A stretch of 64,000 nucleotides of DNA from Nannocystis bainbridge (GTDB lineage: Bacteria; Myxococcota_A; Polyangia; Nannocystales; Nannocystaceae): positions 2,528,001 to 2,592,000 of the forward strand of contig NZ_JAQNDL010000001.1 in assembly GCF_028368995.1 (NCBI RefSeq). The letters are read 5' to 3'. Position 1 is the stretch's first letter. Each line of letters begins with the position of its first letter. Both the position numbers and the translations under genes were made by a program. Below, piece after piece: positions 42,866 through 53,289 of the stretch. The notes under the pieces are model-generated. The model ran no database searches. It had not been told where the DNA came from and saw nothing but the letters and a program-made list of their open reading frames with translations.

Positions 42866-45586
42866 TCATAGCCGATCGAAGCGCAGGTCAACCTCGCGGG
42901 TCACGTGGCCGCGGCGGACGTCGGTCTGTAAAGTCACGGGTGCGAGCAGCTCCGCGAGCCCCGGCGGTGGGATCGCCTCGACCGTGACGTCGCCCTCCGG
43001 CAAGCCCTCCACCGACCAGCGCCCTTCGGTGTCGCTGGTGGTCTCGGCCAGCACGGTGTTGCCGTCGCGCGTGCGCACCGAGAGGCGCGCGCCGGCGACC
43101 GGCTCGCCGCGCTCGTCGGTGACCTCGCCGTCGAGGCCCGCAGCCTCGTCGAGGTCGACCACCAGCGTGGCCGGGGCGCCGCCCGCAGGCCGCGCGACCG
43201 AGTTGCCCACGCCGACCCAGCCGGGCGCCTCGACGCGCACGCGCACCCGCTCGCGCGCCAGCCGGGCGGCCCGCACCTCGCCGGCCTCGTCGGCGGCCCA
43301 CACCTGGCCGTCGACCTCGACGCGCGCGCCGGCGATCGGGTCGCCGCTGCCGGCGGCGCGCACGACGACCTCGAGCGACCAGCCGCGCGCGAGCGTGAGC
43401 TCGACCGGCGCGTCGCCGCGGCTGGCCTTGGCGATCTTCAGGCGCTTGCTGGCGGGCGCGTATTCGGGGTGGTCGAGCTCGAGCGTGGCTGTCCCCGGGA
43501 CCAGGTGCGCCAGCTCGAACAGCCCGCGCGCGTCGGTCCACGTCACCTCGGTCGGGGCCAGCTCGCCCGCGGGCAGCAGCGTCACCCGCACGCCGGCGAT
43601 CGGCTGGTCGTTGCCATCGCGAACCCGGCCCTCGAGCCCGCCCTCGGCCGGTTGCAGGACCTGCTCGATCGCCGTCGCTCGCCCCTCGAGATCGACCTCG
43701 AGCACCGCCGGCACCATGCCCGCCGCGCGGATGATGATCCGCTGCTTGCCGCGGCGATGGCCCGCGCTCCACACGCCGAAGCCGTCGCTCGTCACCACCG
43801 AGCCGTCGGCCAGCTCGATGCGCGCGCCGGCGATCGGCTGGCGGTTGCCGTCGAGCACGCGCCCGCCGAGCGGCACGCCCTGGCCCAGCGTCAGCACCAC
43901 CCCGTCCTCGCGCTCGCCCGGCGTGAGGTCGACGACCACCGTCGCCGAGCCCGCGTGGTCGCCATGGACCGCGCGCAGGCGGTAGCGCCCGGGCATCAAC
44001 GTCTCGAGCGAGAAGTCGCCGCGCTCGTCGGTCTCGGCCCAGGTGCCGACCGTCTCGTCGTCGCCGACCAGCGGGATCGGGGGCACCGCCCCGCGCGTGA
44101 CCCCGAGGCTGCCGCCCCGCTGCAGCGCGGTGAACGTGCGCGCGCGGATCATCGCCTCGCCGGGGCTGTAGAGCGTGTCGGCGTCGACGAAGATCCTGGC
44201 CTCGGGGACAGGTCGCCCGTCGTCGTCGATCACCGTGCCGGCGATCCGGCCCGGGCGCACCAGCGTCAACGTCTGCCGCGCCGGCGCCTCCTTGCCGACG
44301 TCGACGGACAGTGACTCCGAGGGCAAGTAACCGTCGGCGTCGGCGCGCACCACGTAGGGGCCGGGCACCACCGGACCGAGGTCGGCCTGCCCGCGGTCGT
44401 CGGCCTCGGCGATCTGCTGCAACAGACCGACGCTGGCGTAGCCGAGGGTCACGCGGGCGCGCGGCACCGGCGAGCCGTCGGGGCTGACGACCTCCACCGG
44501 CACGCGCTGGGCGGCGATCAGCGCCAGGCTGACGTGCGCGCCGGGGCTCAGGTTCTCGAGCGGGATCGAGGCGTACTCCTGCTCGCCGGGCCGCTCGGCC
44601 CGCACCTGCGCGACCAGCCCGTAGACCCCGTCGACCAGGTCGCCGAACAAAAACTCGCCGCCCGCGCCGGCCGGCTGCACGAGCGGCGGCCACAGCGACG
44701 AGCCCTCGAGCCGCACCTGCGCGCGGCTCACCAGCGCCGGGTCGCCGACCACCGCCCCGCCGAGGTCCTGCAGCGAGTCGACCACGATCACCACCCCGGC
44801 CTCGGGCGCGAACGCCTCGATCACCGACAGCGCGAACCCTTGCCCGGTCGCGCGCAGGCGCAGCGGCCCGGCCGGCACCGTGTCGAGCACGAACGCCCCG
44901 GCCGCGTCGCTGTCGATCCGCCACGGCTCCGGCTCGCCGAGGCCCGGCAGCGGCGTCGCCTCGATGCGCACCCCGACCACCGGCTCGCCGCGCCGATCGA
45001 TCACCTGTCCCTTGAGCCAGGAAGCCGGCCCGAGCGCCAGCGTCGGCAGCACCGCCTCCGTGCCCGCCTGCGCCGGCGCCGTCAGCACCCCGCGCAGGTG
45101 GCCTGGCACCAGCACCTCGATCGTCACCGCCGCCGCCGGTCCGGCCGGCAGCGCCAGGTCGAGCGCGAACTGGCCCTCGGCGTCGCAGCGCGCCTCGGCC
45201 AGCAGGAACCCGCCGCGCCACGCCCGCGCCTTGCACTCGCGCGGCGGCGCCAGCGGCACCGGCGGCCCCTCGGCGCCTGGCTCTTTGTCCAGGGCGCTTG
45301 GGTCATAGCCTTCAGGACCGGTCTCATCGGACATGTCCTTCGCGCCAGGAGCTTCGACCGGCGCCGGCGAGGCCACCCCGACCTCGACCATCACCTTGCC
45401 GCGCACGCGCGCCGGCGGGGCGGTCTCGTCCGGCGCCGCGGTCGCCTCGGCGGGCGGCTCGCCCGTCCCGCCCGCGACCTCGCCGACCTGCCCCGCCTCG
45501 CGCCCGCAGCCGCGCAGGAGCAGCCCGCCGGTGGCCGCGAGGGCGACGACCAGGCCGACGAGCAGCGCCTGGGTTCGTCGCTGCAT
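42866..45586 (-). CDS. carboxypeptidase-regulatory-like repeat surface protein
   Basis: repeated GxVxDxxGxPVxGARV..TDxxGxF..L..G.Y modules; N-terminal TM. Confidence 0.85.
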   Translation of the reverse strand: MQRRTQALLVGLVVALAATGGLLLRGCGREAGQVGEVAGGTGEPPAEATAAPDETAPPARVRGKVMVEVGVASPAPVEAPGAKDMSDETGPEGYDPSALDKEPGAEGPPVPLAPPRECKARAWRGGFLLAEARCDAEGQFALDLALPAGPAAAVTIEVLVPGHLRGVLTAPAQAGTEAVLPTLALGPASWLKGQVIDRRGEPVVGVRIEATPLPGLGEPEPWRIDSDAAGAFVLDTVPAGPLRLRATGQGFALSVIEAFAPEAGVVIVVDSLQDLGGAVVGDPALVSRAQVRLEGSSLWPPLVQPAGAGGEFLFGDLVDGVYGLVAQVRAERPGEQEYASIPLENLSPGAHVSLALIAAQRVPVEVVSPDGSPVPRARVTLGYASVGLLQQIAEADDRGQADLGPVVPGPYVVRADADGYLPSESLSVDVGKEAPARQTLTLVRPGRIAGTVIDDDGRPVPEARIFVDADTLYSPGEAMIRARTFTALQRGGSLGVTRGAVPPIPLVGDDETVGTWAETDERGDFSLETLMPGRYRLRAVHGDHAGSATVVVDLTPGEREDGVVLTLGQGVPLGGRVLDGNRQPIAGARIELADGSVVTSDGFGVWSAGHRRGKQRIIIRAAGMVPAVLEVDLEGRATAIEQVLQPAEGGLEGRVRDGNDQPIAGVRVTLLPAGELAPTEVTWTDARGLFELAHLVPGTATLELDHPEYAPASKRLKIAKASRGDAPVELTLARGWSLEVVVRAAGSGDPIAGARVEVDGQVWAADEAGEVRAARLARERVRVRVEAPGWVGVGNSVARPAGGAPATLVVDLDEAAGLDGEVTDERGEPVAGARLSVRTRDGNTVLAETTSDTEGRWSVEGLPEGDVTVEAIPPPGLAELLAPVTLQTDVRRGHVTREVDLRFDRL

Positions 45587-45981
45587 CAGCCGACGGCGAT
45601 CGCGTCGATCTCGACCAGCACGTCCTTCGGCAGCGTCGCCACCGCCACGGTCGAGCGGGCCGGGCGGTGGTCGCCGAAGTGGCGCCCGTAGATCTCGTTG
45701 ACCGCCGCGAAGTCCTTCATGTCCTTGAGGAAGATCCCGCAGCGCACGACGCTGGCGAAGTCCATGCCCGCGGCGCGGAGGATCGCGGCGAGGTTCAGCA
45801 TCACCCGCTCGGTCTGCGCCTTGATGTCGCCGTCGACGATCTGCATCGTCTGCGGGTCGAGCGGGATCTGGCCGGCGGTGTAGAGCGTGCGACCGCCGCT
45901 GACGACGATCCCCTGGCTGTACGGGCCGATCGCGGCCGGTGCGTCGGGGGTGGAGATGACCGTGCGGACGACGTCAGACAT
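45586..45981 (-). CDS. ridA: RidA family reactive intermediate deaminase
   Basis: APAAIGPYSQ, GQIPLDP, FAAVNEIY, PARSTVAVATLPKDVLVEIDAIA. Confidence 0.92.
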   Translation of the reverse strand: MSDVVRTVISTPDAPAAIGPYSQGIVVSGGRTLYTAGQIPLDPQTMQIVDGDIKAQTERVMLNLAAILRAAGMDFASVVRCGIFLKDMKDFAAVNEIYGRHFGDHRPARSTVAVATLPKDVLVEIDAIAVG

Positions 45982-46114
45982 GGCGGTTAGGGTCGCCGAT
46001 GCCCGGGGCTGGGGCAAGGGCGTTGCGAGCCGCGGCGCCGACCCAATACGAGGAGCGCGCCGGACCGAAGTCTGGCGCGCTCGACTCACGCTTGCTGCTG
46101 GGGCAGCCGGAGGC

Positions 46115-46390
46115 TCAGGCCGCCGGAGCGTTCTTCTTGTTGAACGCGAGACGCACGCGCGACGCGTAGCGCGACGCGGTGTTGCGGTGGATCACGCCCT
46201 TGCTGGCGGCCTTGCCGATCGCCTGCAGCGCGAGCGGCAGGTTCTCCTGGGCGCCTTCGAGGTCACCACCCTCGAGGGCCTTGCGCAGCCGCTTCATGTA
46301 CGTCCGCATGGTGGACAGGTGAAATACATTACGCTCGCGCCGCTTGAGACGTTGACGGTTGCGCTTCTCTGCCGACTTGTGATTCGCCAC
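46115..46390 (-). CDS. rpsT: 30S ribosomal protein S20
   Basis: MANHKSAEKRNRQ...KAASKGVIHRNTASR. Confidence 0.96.
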   Translation of the reverse strand: MANHKSAEKRNRQRLKRRERNVFHLSTMRTYMKRLRKALEGGDLEGAQENLPLALQAIGKAASKGVIHRNTASRYASRVRLAFNKKNAPAA

Positions 46391-46565
46391 GGCTCTGGTC
46401 TTCCTGGAGGGGAGGGAGCTTATGGACCGGGGGCGCGGCCCTTGTCAAGGCGACGACCGGCTGCCACTGTAGGCCGCACGCGCCGCGGTGTGCGGGTCCT
46501 CCGTGCCTTTGAGCCCGAGTTTTGCTCGTGCACGGGCGTCCCGACGCGTGTAGACCCTCACAGCC

Positions 46566-47420
46566 ATGCCGACCTGCCCTTCGCTGCGCCCGTGGAGCCT
46601 GCTCGCCGCCTTTTTGGTCGGCTGCGTGTTCGTCCCGCCCCCGCCGCTGCCGGAGGAGATCGCTGCGATGGAGGCCGCCAAGGCCGCCCGCAAGTCGGGC
46701 CGCCCGTCGGCGCCGGGGGAGACCGAGGGCGAAGGAGGCGGCGGCGCCGAGATCGCCTTCAAGAAGGGCGACCCGGCCCCCGAGGGCCTCTCGCCGGCGC
46801 AGCTGCGGGCCTACAACGTCGCCCAGGGCGACCCGGAATCCGGCGAGTTCACCCTCGAAGAGGCCCTCGCCGGCCTGCCCGGCCGCCCCGACGACGCGCT
46901 GTGGGCCCTCCTCAAGACCCCGCGCGGCGTCCTCGAGTGTGAGCTGCACGTCGAGACCACGCCGAAGACCATCGCCAACTTCGTCGGCCTCGCCCGCGGT
47001 CTGCGCCCCTGGTACGACAAGGCCTCGGACGCGTGGGTCAAGCGGCCCTACTACGACAACTCGACCTTCCACCGCGTGATCCCCGGCTTCATGGTCCAGG
47101 CCGGCGACCCGACCGGCACCGGCCTCGGCAACCCCGGCTACCTGATCGAGGACGAGATCGATCCGGAGCTGATCCACGACGCGCCCGGCGTGCTCAGCAT
47201 GGCCAACCGCGGCCCCAACACCGGCAGCGCCCAGTTCTTCATCACCCTCAACCCGACCCCGCACCTCGACGGCAAGCACACCGTGTTCGGCCACTGCAAC
47301 GACGCCGCCATGCGCCTGGCCGACGACATCGCCCTGGTCCCGCGCGACGCCAACGACAAGCCGCGCGACCCCGAGCTGCTGAACGCGATCGAGATCGTCC
47401 GCCGCCCGCGCGCCCGCTGA
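46566..47420 (+). CDS. cyclophilin-type peptidyl-prolyl isomerase, lipoprotein
   Basis: LVG-C lipobox; [43 protein letters not shown]. Confidence 0.92.
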   Translation: MPTCPSLRPWSLLAAFLVGCVFVPPPPLPEEIAAMEAAKAARKSGRPSAPGETEGEGGGGAEIAFKKGDPAPEGLSPAQLRAYNVAQGDPESGEFTLEEALAGLPGRPDDALWALLKTPRGVLECELHVETTPKTIANFVGLARGLRPWYDKASDAWVKRPYYDNSTFHRVIPGFMVQAGDPTGTGLGNPGYLIEDEIDPELIHDAPGVLSMANRGPNTGSAQFFITLNPTPHLDGKHTVFGHCNDAAMRLADDIALVPRDANDKPRDPELLNAIEIVRRPRAR

Positions 47421-47428
47421 CGCGCGGC

Positions 47429-47521
47429 TGTCCGCAAAGACATCCGACATGTCCCCCCAGACATGTCGTGACTCGGTGCATCAGGCGGTGACATGCCCCT
47501 GAAGACATGTCTCCGAAGCCA
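47429..47521. repeat. 14-bp palindrome cluster with phase slips
   Basis: units at 47429, 47450, 47494, 47508. Confidence 0.75.
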
Positions 47522-47623
47522 GGCGACCGCGCCGGCCGCCCGCCGCCCGGCTCTCGCGGACCGCCGCTGCGCCGTCCCCTGACCGGCGCCGCCGGCCCGC
47601 GACATCCTCTGCTATGGTGGGGC

Positions 47624-47929
47624 GTGCTCGTCGTCCATGTCCACGTCCACGTCGTGCCCGACCAGGTCGAGGCGTTCCGGGCCGCCACCGTCGCCAACGC
47701 GCGCGAGAGCGTGCGCGAGCCCGGCATCGCCCGCTTCGACGTCCTGCAGCAGGAGGGCGACGCGACCCGCTTCGTCCTCGTCGAGGTCTACCGCGACGAG
47801 GCCGCGCCCGCGCGCCACAAGGAGACCGCGCACTACCAGACCTGGCGCGACGCCGTCGCGCCGATGATGGCCAGCCCGCGCACCAGCGTCCGCTTCGCCA
47901 ACACCTTCCCGGCGGACGACGCGTGGTGA
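47624..47929 (+). CDS. antibiotic biosynthesis monooxygenase / LsrG-like protein
   Basis: [32 protein letters not shown]. Confidence 0.85.
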   Translation: MLVVHVHVHVVPDQVEAFRAATVANARESVREPGIARFDVLQQEGDATRFVLVEVYRDEAAPARHKETAHYQTWRDAVAPMMASPRTSVRFANTFPADDAW

Positions 47930-49086
47930 TCCCGTTCGAGCTCGCGACCGCCGCGCGCATCGTGTTCGGCGTCGGCGTCGCCGCCCAGGTCGGCCCGATC
48001 GCCGCCGAGCACGGGCGCCGCGCCCTCGTCGTCACCGGCCGCGACCCGGCCCGCGCCGAACCTGTCCTCGAGGCCATGCACGCCGCCGGCCTCGAGCTGT
48101 CCGTGTTCACCGTCGCCGGCGAGCCGACGGTCGCCGACGCCGAGCGCGGGGTCGTCGCCGCCCGCGCCTGCGCCTGCGACGTGGTGGTGGCGATCGGCGG
48201 CGGCAGCCCGCTCGACGCCGGCAAGGCGATCGCCGCCCTCGTGCGCAACCCCGGCCCGCCGCTCGACTACCTCGAGGTCGTCGGCCGCGGCCGCCCGCTC
48301 GTCCACGACCCGGTGCCCTTCGTCGCCGTGCCGACCACCGCCGGCACCGGCTCCGAGGTCACGCGCAACGCCGTGCTCGCGGCCGAGGACCAGCGCGTCA
48401 AGGTCAGCCTGCGCAGCCCGAAGATGCTGCCGCGCGCCGCGATCGTCGACCCCGCGCTGACGCTGTCGCTGCCGCCGGCCGTGACCGCCGATTGCGGCCT
48501 CGACGCCCTCACCCAGTTGATCGAGCCGTTCTTGTCGCGCAGGGCCAACCCGATCACCGACGCCCTGTGCCGCGACGGCATCGCTCGGGCCGCCCGGGCC
48601 CTGCCGCGTGCGTTCGCCGACGGCAGCGACCTCGAAGCCCGCAGCGACATGGCCCTCGCCAGCCTGCTCGGCGGCCTCGCCCTCGCCAACGCCGGCCTCG
48701 GGGCCGTGCACGGCTTCGCCGGCCCGATCGGCGGCGCCTTCCCCGACGCCCCGCACGGGGCCGTGTGCGCCCGCCTGCTGCCCGAGGCGCTGCGGATCAA
48801 CGCCCGCGCCCTGCGAGCCCGCGAGCCCACGAGCCCGGCCCTGGCCCGCTTCGACGAGGTCGCCCGCCTCGTCACCGGCGACCCCGCCGCCACGCTCGAC
48901 CACGCGGTCGACCACCTGCGCGCCCTGGTCGCGTCGCTGCAGATCCGCCCGCTCGCCGCGTTCGGCCTGCGCGCCGCCGACCTGCCCGCGCTCGTCGAGC
49001 GCGCCCGCCAGGCCAGCAGCATGAAGGCCAACCCGCTCGACCTCACCGACACCGAGCTGCACGAGGCCCTGGCAGCCGCGCTTTAA
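47926..49086 (+). CDS. iron-containing alcohol dehydrogenase
   Basis: [40 protein letters not shown]; GTGA overlap. Confidence 0.92.
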   Translation: MIPFELATAARIVFGVGVAAQVGPIAAEHGRRALVVTGRDPARAEPVLEAMHAAGLELSVFTVAGEPTVADAERGVVAARACACDVVVAIGGGSPLDAGKAIAALVRNPGPPLDYLEVVGRGRPLVHDPVPFVAVPTTAGTGSEVTRNAVLAAEDQRVKVSLRSPKMLPRAAIVDPALTLSLPPAVTADCGLDALTQLIEPFLSRRANPITDALCRDGIARAARALPRAFADGSDLEARSDMALASLLGGLALANAGLGAVHGFAGPIGGAFPDAPHGAVCARLLPEALRINARALRAREPTSPALARFDEVARLVTGDPAATLDHAVDHLRALVASLQIRPLAAFGLRAADLPALVERARQASSMKANPLDLTDTELHEALAAAL

Positions 49087-49160
49087 GACATGCCCCTAAC
49101 AGCATGCTCTTGAGGACATGCCCCATACGACATGCCCTTATCGACATGTCTTGACGAGCA
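49077..49160. repeat. 14-bp array (six slots) crossing the ADH stop, between convergent genes
   Basis: CATG at 49089, 49103, 49117, 49131, 49145, 49159. Confidence 0.88.
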
Positions 49161-49236
49161 TGTTGATGATCTGACCGACGAGCCAGCGACGAGCGACTCC
49201 GTCCTGGTCTCACGGGCCTGTCGCCTTGCCGGGCGC

Positions 49237-50166
49237 TCACTCGCACGGGTCTTCTTCACCGGCCGGCCCGCGCGGCGCGTGCAGCATCGACGACGGGATC
49301 GGCTTCGGCGGATCGTCGGCGTCGAAGCTGGCCAGCACCTGGACATGGGCGTCGCCGGAGAACTCGCTGTAGTCGACGCGCACATGATGGACCCCGGCCG
49401 CGAGCTGGGCCTCGCCGCCGCGCGACTGCGTCTTGCCGCGGGTGCGGTTGAGCACGATCAGGTCGCCGTCGACGTAGACCCGCGAGCCGTCGTCGGAGAT
49501 CGACTGGAAGATCGCCTTCGTCGGCGCGTCGAGGTGCAGGCAGCTGTCCCAGCGGACCGAGAACTGATCGGCCGGCACCTCGGCCATCGGCGCGTCGCGG
49601 CCCCAGTCGAAATCGACCGCGCGGTCGTAGCGGATCTGCCACTTCCCGCTGTGGTCGGCGCGGGCGTAGTAGGTCCCGCGCCACGGCTGCAGCGTCAGCG
49701 TCCACCACGGCCGCACCGCGATCAGCAGCACCACCGCCGCCGCCGCCGCGATCGCGGCCTTCCTGGTCCAGCCGGGCCGCCGCGCCCCCTCGCCGCGGGC
49801 CAGCGCGATCAGCCGCCCGAGCCGCCACGTGTGCGCCTCGACCTCCGCCCGCCCCAGCGGGAACTCGCGCGGCTCCCACGACGGCCGCGCCCGCTCGGCC
49901 TGCAGCGCCGGCAAAACCCGCCCCAGCTCCGTCACCGCTCGCGGACCGACGCCCGCCTGCAGCCGCGCCGGCAACCACCCGGGCAGATCGGCGATGTCCG
50001 CAGGAACATGTCCCTCGGGACAGACGCCGCGCGCCAGCGCCTCCCAGGCGCCGACGAGGTGGTGCGCCGCGCTGCGCGGCTCGCACGACGGGTCGACGGT
50101 CACCGCGCGCGCGGCCCGGTGGGCCGCCTCTGCCACGGTCAGAGCACGCTCGGTCTCGTTCATCAT
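49237..50166 (-). CDS. membrane-anchored PA14 domain protein
   Basis: VDFDWG, DQFSVRW, SDDGSRVYVDG, HHVRVDY. Confidence 0.82.
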   Translation of the reverse strand: MMNETERALTVAEAAHRAARAVTVDPSCEPRSAAHHLVGAWEALARGVCPEGHVPADIADLPGWLPARLQAGVGPRAVTELGRVLPALQAERARPSWEPREFPLGRAEVEAHTWRLGRLIALARGEGARRPGWTRKAAIAAAAAVVLLIAVRPWWTLTLQPWRGTYYARADHSGKWQIRYDRAVDFDWGRDAPMAEVPADQFSVRWDSCLHLDAPTKAIFQSISDDGSRVYVDGDLIVLNRTRGKTQSRGGEAQLAAGVHHVRVDYSEFSGDAHVQVLASFDADDPPKPIPSSMLHAPRGPAGEEDPCE

Positions 50167-52088
50167 CCGCTCACCTCCTGATCCTTCTCGCTGGTCCTCG
50201 GCGCGGCCTGACGCGCGGGCAGTCGCCGGCGCGCCCCCTTCTCGGTGCGGTGCGAGATCGGCCGGTCGCGCAGGTCCTTCACCACATTGAGCGCCCCGCC
50301 CTCGCGCTCGACCGCGAACAGCTGCGGCGCGTCGGGGAAGCGCGTGTCACAGCGGTCGCGCAGGTAGCCGACGCTGAAGTCGGAGTACTCCCCGCCGGGC
50401 CGGGTCCTGAACGAGCGGAAGTTGGCCGGCACGTGCAGCCGCATCGCCTTGCCCGAGAGACAGCCCGTAAAGTAGTACACCGAGTCGAGGTACGTCGCGC
50501 GCTCGTGGTCCCACAGCCACCGCTGCAGCTTCACCATCGCCTCGGGGTTGGTGTTGCCGTAATAGTCGGTGTCGTAGTGACCGATCGCCCCGGCCACCCC
50601 GCCGATCAGGCGATTGAAGTAGACCACCTGATGCGGGTGCAGCCGGATCGACTGCGCCAGCAGATCGGCCAGCAGCGCGCCTGTCAGCGCCCACGCGACC
50701 GCCCGCGCCCAGGATCGACGCAGCTGCACGATCAGCGCCTCGGTCGTCACCGCCGCCAGCGCCACCATCGGCGGGACCACGAACAGGAAGTGGCGATAGC
50801 CGTCGTACAGCGGCGAGCCCTTGTACACCGCGTAGATCGGCGGCACGAAGATCGCCATCCCCACCACCAGCAGCGCCAGCGCCGGTCGCACGTGCTCGGG
50901 CCGTGCGCCGCGGCGCATCAGCGCCACCACACCCCACAGCGTACCGATCGCCAGCATCCCCAGCACCAGCTCCGGCGTCTGAAACCCGAAGTAATGCGGC
51001 AGGTACTCCCAGCCGATCTCGTAGTTCCACACGTAACCGTCGGCGAACGGCATCTTGCGCTGGTGCGCGTCGAAGCTGCTCATGCGCCGCAGCGCCACGA
51101 ACGGCCGCGTCAGCGGGTCCAGCTGCGCCCACGGCCAGCCGATCAGCATCACCGCCCACGCCCCCGCGGTCACGCCCACGCCGATCGCCGCGACGCGTCG
51201 CACGTGGGCCGCCAGCGCCGCCCAGCTGCGCCGCAGCCACGCCGTGTGCGCGGCGAACAGACCCAGCGCCAGCGCGAGGAAGCAGAACAGGATCAGCCCG
51301 GCGATCCGCACGCTGAGCGCCAGGCCGATCGCCACCGCCAGCTTGGCCAGCGTCGCCCGTGACGGCCGCGGCAGCTCGGCGATCGTCACCACCATATAAT
51401 AAAGGCTCCACGCGTAGGCGACCGCGAACGGGCTGTCCTTCGGGTTGTTGAACATGTGGCCCCACCACACCGGGTGGAGCGTCAACATCACCAGCGTCAG
51501 CAGGCCCACGCGCGGGCCCCCGAGCGCACGCCCGAGCTTCCACGCGCCCATCAGCCCGAGCACGCCGACGAGCCCGCCGAGCAGGTGGATCGCGGTGAAA
51601 CCCTCCATCGGCGCCGCGATCGCGCGGAACATCGCCCCCAGCAGGTCGTAGCCGCCGCCGTAGAGATAGTTGATGCGGTACGTCAGCGCGCCGGTGTCGT
51701 TGAAACCCGACGTGTACCACTGGGCGATCCGCGACCCGTACGCGAGGTGCCACGCCTCGTCCCACGTGACCCCGTACTGGCGGAACGTCGCCAGCACCGT
51801 GACCAGCGTGCCCGCGAGCCACACCCACGCGACGCGGTCGTACGCCCGCGCGGACGCGGCCGGGTTCGACGGTAACAGGCGCGACAGCAACGACGATGAT
51901 GCGTGGGACAAGCGGCCCGACCTCGAAAGCGCCCCCAGTGTGGCGAGCGCCGCGGCCGGTTCAAGCGATCGAACAATTGTTCGCGAGCTCGCGACCTCCG
52001 GGTCACGCGCGAGGCCGTCGGTCGCGACGGCGACGCAGCGCTGTGACAGGTCCCGCGCGCCCAGTGCTCCCGCGATCTTCCATCCCAC
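50163..52088 (-). CDS. GT-C glycosyltransferase (PMT/ArnT-like) membrane protein
   Basis: YGVTWDE, FNNPKDSPFA, LYDGYRHFLF, YFNRLIGG..YDTDYYG; many TMs; real start probably downstream of 52088. Confidence 0.78.
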   Translation of the reverse strand: MGWKIAGALGARDLSQRCVAVATDGLARDPEVASSRTIVRSLEPAAALATLGALSRSGRLSHASSSLLSRLLPSNPAASARAYDRVAWVWLAGTLVTVLATFRQYGVTWDEAWHLAYGSRIAQWYTSGFNDTGALTYRINYLYGGGYDLLGAMFRAIAAPMEGFTAIHLLGGLVGVLGLMGAWKLGRALGGPRVGLLTLVMLTLHPVWWGHMFNNPKDSPFAVAYAWSLYYMVVTIAELPRPSRATLAKLAVAIGLALSVRIAGLILFCFLALALGLFAAHTAWLRRSWAALAAHVRRVAAIGVGVTAGAWAVMLIGWPWAQLDPLTRPFVALRRMSSFDAHQRKMPFADGYVWNYEIGWEYLPHYFGFQTPELVLGMLAIGTLWGVVALMRRGARPEHVRPALALLVVGMAIFVPPIYAVYKGSPLYDGYRHFLFVVPPMVALAAVTTEALIVQLRRSWARAVAWALTGALLADLLAQSIRLHPHQVVYFNRLIGGVAGAIGHYDTDYYGNTNPEAMVKLQRWLWDHERATYLDSVYYFTGCLSGKAMRLHVPANFRSFRTRPGGEYSDFSVGYLRDRCDTRFPDAPQLFAVEREGGALNVVKDLRDRPISHRTEKGARRRLPARQAAPRTSEKDQEVSG

Positions 52089-52352
52089 CCCTCCGGCGCT
52101 CCCCCGCCCCCACGCATCACTCGCGCCCCCGGCGCGCGGAAAGCTTCCGCATCACCCGATCCTCCGCGCCCACCACCACCTGTCTCAAGAGACATCCTCA
52201 TCCACATCTCCGCCCCCGAAGCCCCGCCGCCTCGCACTCCCTGTCCTTCAGGACATCTCGCTGACCTGCGAGTCCTCCCGGCCTCACCCTGCTCTCTGCC
52301 CGCAAACGCCCCCTCGGACCCTCGCGCCGCGCGTGTTAGGCTCGCCGCCGCC

Positions 52353-53222
52353 GTGACCGCCCCGACCGAAGCGCCGCCGGCCCTCGCCTCGACCGCCTGG
52401 CTCGCCCCCGGCCCGCTCCCGGCCCGCCGCGGCCTCGCCTTGCTCGCCTGGGGCCTCGCGCAGCCGCTGATCGGCCTGCGCGTCGTCGTGCGCGAGCCGG
52501 CCCTGCTGCGCGCCGCCGCCAGGCCCGTGCTGCTGTTCGCCGGCTTCTGCGTGCTCGTCGCCTTCATCGCCGAGGACGACGCCGCCGGACGGCTCGAGGT
52601 CTTCCTCACCACCCTCGTCACCCTCGCCCCGGCTCCGGTCATCCTGTTCGGCAAGACCTACCGCCGCCTCGCCGCCGCCGCCCGCGTCCCGCTCGGCCTG
52701 TCCCCTAGGACAGCCGAGATGCCACGGCTGTGGACCGCCATCGGCGACGCCGCCCGCCAGGCCGTCCTGCTCGCCATCGGCCTCGTCCCCGTCTGGCTCG
52801 CCTTCGAGCTCGTGCAGGCGTTCTGGCCCGACGCCGCGGACGGCTTCGTGTGGATCGCCTGGGCCGTCGGCGGCTTCTGGGCCCTGCACTGGATCGTCGT
52901 CGAGGCGCTCGACAACGGCCACACCGTCGACCCCGCCGCCGCCAAGGAGACGGCGCTGGTGCCCGTCGACCCGTGGTTCGTGCGCCTGTGGCAGTTCCCG
53001 CTGCTGCGCCGCTGCTCCGGCCTGCTGCGCCGGCTCAGTCGGCCCTGGCGGCGCGAGCTCGAGCTCGTCGCCCGCTACCCCGAGCTCGCGCTCGGCCTCG
53101 GCCTCGGCGTCGCCGCCATGATCGCCGTGCCGTTCGTCGCCCTGGTTTTCCGTCCGGCCGCGGTCGTCGCCGCGGTCCACGTGCTCGGCCGCGTCGAGCA
53201 GGCCGCCGCCCCGCCGCAGTGA
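52353..53222 (+). CDS. EI24/CysZ-like membrane protein
   Basis: multi-TM; VPFVALVFRPAAVVAA tail. Confidence 0.55.
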   Translation: MTAPTEAPPALASTAWLAPGPLPARRGLALLAWGLAQPLIGLRVVVREPALLRAAARPVLLFAGFCVLVAFIAEDDAAGRLEVFLTTLVTLAPAPVILFGKTYRRLAAAARVPLGLSPRTAEMPRLWTAIGDAARQAVLLAIGLVPVWLAFELVQAFWPDAADGFVWIAWAVGGFWALHWIVVEALDNGHTVDPAAAKETALVPVDPWFVRLWQFPLLRRCSGLLRRLSRPWRRELELVARYPELALGLGLGVAAMIAVPFVALVFRPAAVVAAVHVLGRVEQAAAPPQ

Positions 53223-53236
53223 GGCGCTTGCGAGCA

Positions 53237-53278
53237 TGTCCCCGGGGGCATGTCCCCGAGAACATGCCCCGAAGGTCA
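53237..53278. repeat. Three-unit 14-bp array between convergent genes
   Basis: tgtccccgggggca/tgtccccgagaaca/tgccccgaaggtca. Confidence 0.82.
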
Positions 53279-53289
53279 TGCGCGCCGCG

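Noticed and set aside
49083-49163. Junction decamers RRRCATGYYY equal the p53 half-site consensus
   Set aside because: Bacterial context; the decamer arises automatically when TGTC-N6-GACA units abut, and isolated units lack it
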